The notes beneath the pieces are model-generated. The model was not told the origin of the DNA, did not search any database, and worked only from the letters and a program-made list of their open reading frames with translations. A program made the translations under genes and the position numbers. 49,566 bases of DNA, taken from contig JACCLF010000023.1 in NCBI GenBank assembly GCA_013425405.1, positions 1 to 49,566 on the forward strand. Reading direction: 5' to 3'. The stretch comes from Candidatus Micrarchaeota archaeon (GTDB lineage: Archaea; Micrarchaeota; Micrarchaeia; Burarchaeales; Fermentimicrarchaeaceae). This document shows positions 45,220 to 49,566 of this stretch, piece after piece (position 1 is the stretch's first letter; the number at the start of each line of letters is the position of its first letter).

Positions 45220-45476
45220 GCTTTGAAGTCCTGCTGCACGAGGATGCAGCCGCCAGGCTCCTCAAAATGGATGCATCAACGCGCGAACGCATAATAAAGA
45301 GGATTGCACGTATGCGCGATGAGCCAGCAGGAAGGCATCTGAAATACGGGTTGGATTTCTTCGTTATCGTGGTTGGTCAATACAGGATAGTTTACACATG
45401 CGAAGGGAAAAGAAAGACGATCTACTTTGTTGGCACTCATAAGGAGTATGAGAAATGGTATTCAGCCAAGCATTAA
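45216..45476 (+). CDS. RelE/ParE family toxin
   Basis: RERIIKRI...RHLKYG...VGQYRIVY...FVGTHKEYEKWY. Confidence 0.82.
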   Translation: MSFEVLLHEDAAARLLKMDASTRERIIKRIARMRDEPAGRHLKYGLDFFVIVVGQYRIVYTCEGKRKTIYFVGTHKEYEKWYSAKH

Positions 45477-45594
45477 AGCAGTCTACCCTCTATTAAATTT
45501 TGCCCCTTTCTACGAGGATCGATTTAAATAATATCAAAGTTAGTAATATCCACGGGATTGAAAAACAATCAGCCCAAGATTTGTTGACAAAGTG

Positions 45595-46134
45595 TTAACT
45601 AAACTTTTCAAAATGCAGAATTTCTTTCAGCGGCTTTCTTTCCTTTGGTTTTGGCTTCTCATCAGGATAGCCGAGGGCAACTATGCCGATTATTTCATAG
45701 TTTGAGGGTATTTTGAAAAGCTCCCTCAGTTCATTGAGGGTTTTCTCAACTCTGAGAGGCCTGCACATCCAAACACTTCCCAAGCCAAGGGCAGTTGCCG
45801 CAAGGAGCATGTTCTCAACCGCTGCGGATGTGGAGAATTGATGCAGCACATTACCAGTGTCTGAGAGCACTATGATGAGCGTTGCATTCTCAACAAACTC
45901 AGTATCCTGCTTGTACAACCCGCTTGTGCTGGAAGCCTCATCGTATATCTCTCTTACCCTCTTTTTGAGCTCCTTATCCCTCACAAGTATGAATGCCCAA
46001 GGCTGTGTGTTTACCGCAGAGGGGGCCCAGGTACCTGCTTCAATGACTTTCACGAGAAGTTTGAGGGGAACTTCCTTCCTCTTGAGCTTCCTCACAGCCC
46101 TCCTTCCTTTCACAACAGCGAAGAAATCAGGCAT
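45595..46134 (-). CDS. Nitroreductase family protein
   Basis: RRAVRK, APSAVNTQPW, ENMLLAATALGLGSVW, LGYP. Confidence 0.9.
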   Translation of the reverse strand: MPDFFAVVKGRRAVRKLKRKEVPLKLLVKVIEAGTWAPSAVNTQPWAFILVRDKELKKRVREIYDEASSTSGLYKQDTEFVENATLIIVLSDTGNVLHQFSTSAAVENMLLAATALGLGSVWMCRPLRVEKTLNELRELFKIPSNYEIIGIVALGYPDEKPKPKERKPLKEILHFEKFS

Positions 46135-46166
46135 AGTTTTATTTTTATAAGCCTAATTTAAATATT

Positions 46167-46535
46167 ATGAGAATAATTGGGGGCTGGTTGAACTTCCTGC
46201 TCGATGTTTTTCTTTTTGCAGCATTCCTTGCAGGAGTGTTCATACAGCTGAACAGAGATTTTTACCTAGGAACCGGGATAGTGCTTATAACTCTGGGAAT
46301 TGAGTTTGCAAAAGAGGTTTCAAGGACTGAAAAGAAGAGGAAGATGCGCTGGAGGAATGTTATTGGCCTGGGCTTCGGCACATTGACGTCAATGGCTGGG
46401 CTGTTTCTCTCCTTGCTGCTTGCTTTGGTTTTGAAGGATAAAGCATTTTACATACTGCTTCTTGACAGCTCATTTTCAACAATGGTTTTTCTTTCCAGTT
46501 CCTTCCTGAGGTTCTGGAAGTATTTGAAGAGATGA
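46167..46535 (+). CDS. Hypothetical membrane protein (~4 TM)
   Basis: Hydrophobic ORF upstream of the GTPase gene. Confidence 0.6.
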   Translation: MRIIGGWLNFLLDVFLFAAFLAGVFIQLNRDFYLGTGIVLITLGIEFAKEVSRTEKKRKMRWRNVIGLGFGTLTSMAGLFLSLLLALVLKDKAFYILLLDSSFSTMVFLSSSFLRFWKYLKR

Positions 46536-46547
46536 GAAGGAGTTTGC

Positions 46548-47360
46548 ATGGGAGTTGAGGAGAAGATAAAGACTATTGAGGATGAAATGGCGAGAACCCA
46601 GTATCACAAGGGCACTGAACATCATTTCGGAAAACTCAGGGCAAGGCTTTCGCAACTCAGAAAGCTGGCCGGGCAGCACAAGAAAGGCAGGGTGAGATTC
46701 TCTGTGAGGAAAGGTGGGGATGCCACTGTGATACTCATAGGCGAGTCATTCGTAGGTAAATCCAGCATATTCAACAGGCTCACTGGGGCGCATTCAAAAA
46801 TTGGAGATCATCCATTCACAACGCAGAAGATGATTCCTGGCATCATGAATTATAAAGGTGTCCAAATACAGGTGCTGGATACGCCTGCGCTGGAGCTTAG
46901 CGAGGCTGAGATACTTTCTTTTGCAAGCATAGCGGATTTGGTTGTCATTGTATGCGACTCTTCAAAAGGAAATCTGTCTAATGTGATGGAGGGCTTGGAG
47001 AGGGCGAAGGTAAGCGGGGTGCCCTTTGTTGTGATTAATAAATGCGATGTGGAGTGGGGAGGGGGTTTCTGCGTCTCTGCCCTGAGCGGGGAGGGAATTG
47101 AGGGGTTGAAAGAGGACATATACAGCAGGCTGAGGCTTTTAAGAGTTTACCTGAAGCCGAAGAGGGGAGAAGCAGACAGGAACAGACCTCTAGTTGTGAA
47201 AGAGGGTGCTGCAGTGAAGGATGTTTGGGAGAAGCTTAGGCTGAAGGGGGAGATGGGGTATGCGCTTGTGTGGGGCAACTCTGCAAAATTTCCAGGGCAG
47301 AAGGTGGGGGCGGATCATGCTCTTAAGGATGGGGACGTACTAACAATCGTGATGAGGTAG
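46548..47360 (+). CDS. Shortened DRG/OBG-family GTPase with TGS domain
   Basis: TQYHKGTEHH, VGKSS, PFTT, NKCD, VWG.SAKFPGQKVG..H.L.DGD. Confidence 0.85.
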   Translation: MGVEEKIKTIEDEMARTQYHKGTEHHFGKLRARLSQLRKLAGQHKKGRVRFSVRKGGDATVILIGESFVGKSSIFNRLTGAHSKIGDHPFTTQKMIPGIMNYKGVQIQVLDTPALELSEAEILSFASIADLVVIVCDSSKGNLSNVMEGLERAKVSGVPFVVINKCDVEWGGGFCVSALSGEGIEGLKEDIYSRLRLLRVYLKPKRGEADRNRPLVVKEGAAVKDVWEKLRLKGEMGYALVWGNSAKFPGQKVGADHALKDGDVLTIVMR

Positions 47361-47364
47361 TTGC

Positions 47365-47814
47365 ATGGTTTCTCTGAAATACTGGGAATGGGAGGATGCG
47401 GTGCTGAAGGAGAAGCTCAAGCACATTTCGGTGAAGGAGATAGCAAGAGCTTATTTTGACAATGAGACGCAGGCTTATAGGTTTGCCTCTGCCCTGCTGC
47501 TTGTGAAGAGGAGGGGGTTTTTGAAGCTGAGGGAATGCCCAGAGGAACTGCCTGCTGCAACTTGGAAGAGATATTTGGATTTTGGGGTGCAGGTGGGCAT
47601 ACTGAAGCATGAGGATGAAGTTTATTCTTTCACTGACAGGTTTACAAAGCCGTTGAAGAACTTCGGGGAGTATGTGAAAGTATGGGTGAAGGAAGGAGAT
47701 GCAAATGAGGATTTGGGCTTGACTTTCGCACTTGCAAAAAGAGGGAAGGAGAAGAAGAGAGGAGGCAAGTCTACCTCTTACTCATCGCAGCAAGTACCCT
47801 CTCCTTCGCTATAG
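47365..47814 (+). CDS. Hypothetical protein, possible winged-helix
   Basis: ATWKRYLDFGVQVGIL; 4-nt gap after the GTPase gene. Confidence 0.6.
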   Translation: MVSLKYWEWEDAVLKEKLKHISVKEIARAYFDNETQAYRFASALLLVKRRGFLKLRECPEELPAATWKRYLDFGVQVGILKHEDEVYSFTDRFTKPLKNFGEYVKVWVKEGDANEDLGLTFALAKRGKEKKRGGKSTSYSSQQVPSPSL

Positions 47815-48868
47815 CCATGGCTGCATCCCTTGTCGGAGTTGAGTCATTCTTTGCTTTCTCAAGGACCATTCTTGTGTTTTTCTTAACCCTCTCGGTTATG
47901 GTGGAGAATGCCTGCTCCTTGGTGCCGCCTATGCTTTCGGTATATGAGAGTATTACTCCTCCGGCATTGGCAATGAGGTCTGGAACAATCAGCACGCCTC
48001 TCTTGGAGAGAATGTTCTCGCTTTCAAGCTTCACGGGCAGGTTGGCAGCCTCCACGAGTATCTTCGCCTTGATATTGTTGACATTCTTCTCGTTTATGAC
48101 ATCGGGCCTTGCTCCGGGTATTAGTATTGCAACGTCAAGCCCGAAGAGGTCTGCAGTTGGGAGCTGCTTGCCGGAAGGGTAGCCAAGCACTGTCCCTTTC
48201 TCCTTCTTGGTTTTCATAAGTTCTTCATAGTTCAAGCCGTTGGGATCGTAAATTGTCCCTTTTGAATCTGAGACTGCCACTACTTTCGCGCCTTTCTCAG
48301 AAAGGAATTTCATTGTGAATGTCCCCACATTTCCGAACCCCTCAATTGCAACAGTGGTTCCGTTGAGGCCGATGCCGGCAAACTCTGCAGCAACTTCAGT
48401 TGATTCGACAACACTGAAGCCCGTGGAGCCGAGCTCATGCGGTAAGCCGCCCATGTCTGTTGGCTTGCCTGTTGCGGCCTTGGGGTTTCCTGCGCCATCA
48501 ACGAATATTCTCATCTCCTCTGCGCCGGTATTCATATCGGGGCCTGCCAGGTACTCGCCGGGGCAGAGCAATTTTAGAGCCCTGCCGAAAGCACGCATCA
48601 TGGAAGCCTTGTCACCGCGGGGGTCTCCCTTTATTCCGCTCTTCCCGCCTCCGAAAGGAAGCTCCGCGAGGGCGTTCTTCCATGTCATCACTCTTGCAAG
48701 CCTGAAAACTTCCGTCACGGTGAGGTCTGGCACGAGCCGTATGCCTCCCTTGCCAGGTCCGAGAGCAGAGTTGTCTATGACAACAATTCCCTTAGTTTTC
48801 GTCTTCTGGTCGTAGATTATGATAATTTTCTCCGGTCCCCACTCATCTATAAATCCATTCGCTTCCAT
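47771..48868 (-). CDS. gdhA: Glu/Leu/Phe/Val dehydrogenase (glutamate dehydrogenase-like)
   Basis: GPGKGGIR, MTWKNA, GGGKSG, GPDMNT, GFGNVG, EAAN, PDLIANAGGV; start MEANG. Confidence 0.88.
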   Translation of the reverse strand: MEANGFIDEWGPEKIIIIYDQKTKTKGIVVIDNSALGPGKGGIRLVPDLTVTEVFRLARVMTWKNALAELPFGGGKSGIKGDPRGDKASMMRAFGRALKLLCPGEYLAGPDMNTGAEEMRIFVDGAGNPKAATGKPTDMGGLPHELGSTGFSVVESTEVAAEFAGIGLNGTTVAIEGFGNVGTFTMKFLSEKGAKVVAVSDSKGTIYDPNGLNYEELMKTKKEKGTVLGYPSGKQLPTADLFGLDVAILIPGARPDVINEKNVNNIKAKILVEAANLPVKLESENILSKRGVLIVPDLIANAGGVILSYTESIGGTKEQAFSTITERVKKNTRMVLEKAKNDSTPTRDAAMAIAKERVLAAMSKR

Positions 48869-48948
48869 TTCAAATACCTCTAGGAGTAGACATTTAATTA
48901 AGTAAAGAATAAAAAGGGTGTGGGGCAATAAGCATAACATAAGGTGAT

Positions 48949-49365
48949 ATGGTGGGTCTGCTTGATATTTTTGGCAAGAAGAATGTGGGTGAGGAACTTG
49001 TCAGAAAAGTCCCCTACGGGATGAAGCTTACGTTCCATCCCTATAGATTGAATGCTAATAAGGTGGAGAGCGTGCTTTTGATTGTTGATCTGAAGAACCT
49101 GAAGGAGGAGGTGCTGCTCACTTCAGTCGTTGTGAAGCTCCCGAAGAATTTGGGGTTTGACCAGATGGCCCTATCCAACGCCAGGGAGATAAGGCTGGGG
49201 GAGATAAAGCCTGGTGAGGATAAGGTTGTGAAGGTTGAGGTGTGGGGCAACCCGAGGACGGACCTCGGGGATTACCCGATTGAAGTTACGGCAATATGCC
49301 ACTACAGGAATTATGGGTATATGCTTAATGCCGAGAAAAAAGAGATAGTGCTGAGGGCTGTTTAG
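48949..49365 (+). CDS. Hypothetical Ig-like beta protein (paralog of 26397-26762)
   Basis: FHPYRLNA...LGEIKPGE...VWG...YPIEVT. Confidence 0.7.
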   Translation: MVGLLDIFGKKNVGEELVRKVPYGMKLTFHPYRLNANKVESVLLIVDLKNLKEEVLLTSVVVKLPKNLGFDQMALSNAREIRLGEIKPGEDKVVKVEVWGNPRTDLGDYPIEVTAICHYRNYGYMLNAEKKEIVLRAV

Positions 49366-49566
49366 CTACTCCTTGAACTCCTTCTTTTCTGCTTCCTTCT
49401 CCTCGAGCTTGGGCATTAGTTCACTGATTGCAGAGGCGAGCTGCATCCCCTTGTCAGTGAGCTTCACCTTCTTAACCCTGCCCTTGGGCTCGAATGCGAT
49501 GAGGTTGGATTTCTTGAATTCCTTGAGGAGCTTTGTTGTGTGGACATAGGTGGCTCCGCAGCTGGC
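49366..49566 (-). CDS. MarR-like winged-HTH regulator, 3' part only
   Basis: ATYVHTTKLLKEF...KGRVKKVKLTDKG; open to the window end. Confidence 0.75.
   Translation of the reverse strand, partial: ASCGATYVHTTKLLKEFKKSNLIAFEPKGRVKKVKLTDKGMQLASAISELMPKLEEKEAEKKEFKE

Noticed and set aside
214-49250. Numerous short ORFs antisense to or overlapping identified genes
   Set aside because: No motifs; explained as shadow frames of well-supported CDSs

Overview
Gene-dense archaeal chromosome segment. A three-unit (epsilon2-type) tRNA-splicing endonuclease and DPANN-style class III signal peptide pilins point to Micrarchaeota (inference). The core genes cover RNA/tRNA handling (beta-CASP RNase, RecJ/GAN-like DHH, rnhB, endA, taw1, dph5, tRNA-Cys plus cysS, dtdA, alaX), metabolism (nadK, ahcY, iscS-iscU, ferredoxins, ftcD/fchA, gdhA) and a cobO-nrdR-nrdJ block whose class II RNR carries two inteins. 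Accessory patches lie at about 20-25 kb, 27-35 kb and 42-45.5 kb (four toxin-antitoxin pairs). Most notable signals not shown by the ORF track: (1) an insertion into the 3' end of dtdA that supplies a recoded replacement C-terminus and leaves the old tail stranded 613 bp away; (2) a ~256-bp protein-less IS200/IS605 derivative that retains a TnpB omega-RNA-like segment, between ahcY and tRNA-Cys; (3) a shared 17-bp palindrome linking a Cys-rich HTH regulator to the ferredoxin/iscSU divergon; (4) tandem NrdR boxes directly behind an archaeal TATA box; (5) an apparent ATA start codon in rnhB; (6) an in-frame amber codon in cobO; (7) duplicated leader+abrB units around a pilin gene. All family calls come from motif recognition by eye, not from database searches.
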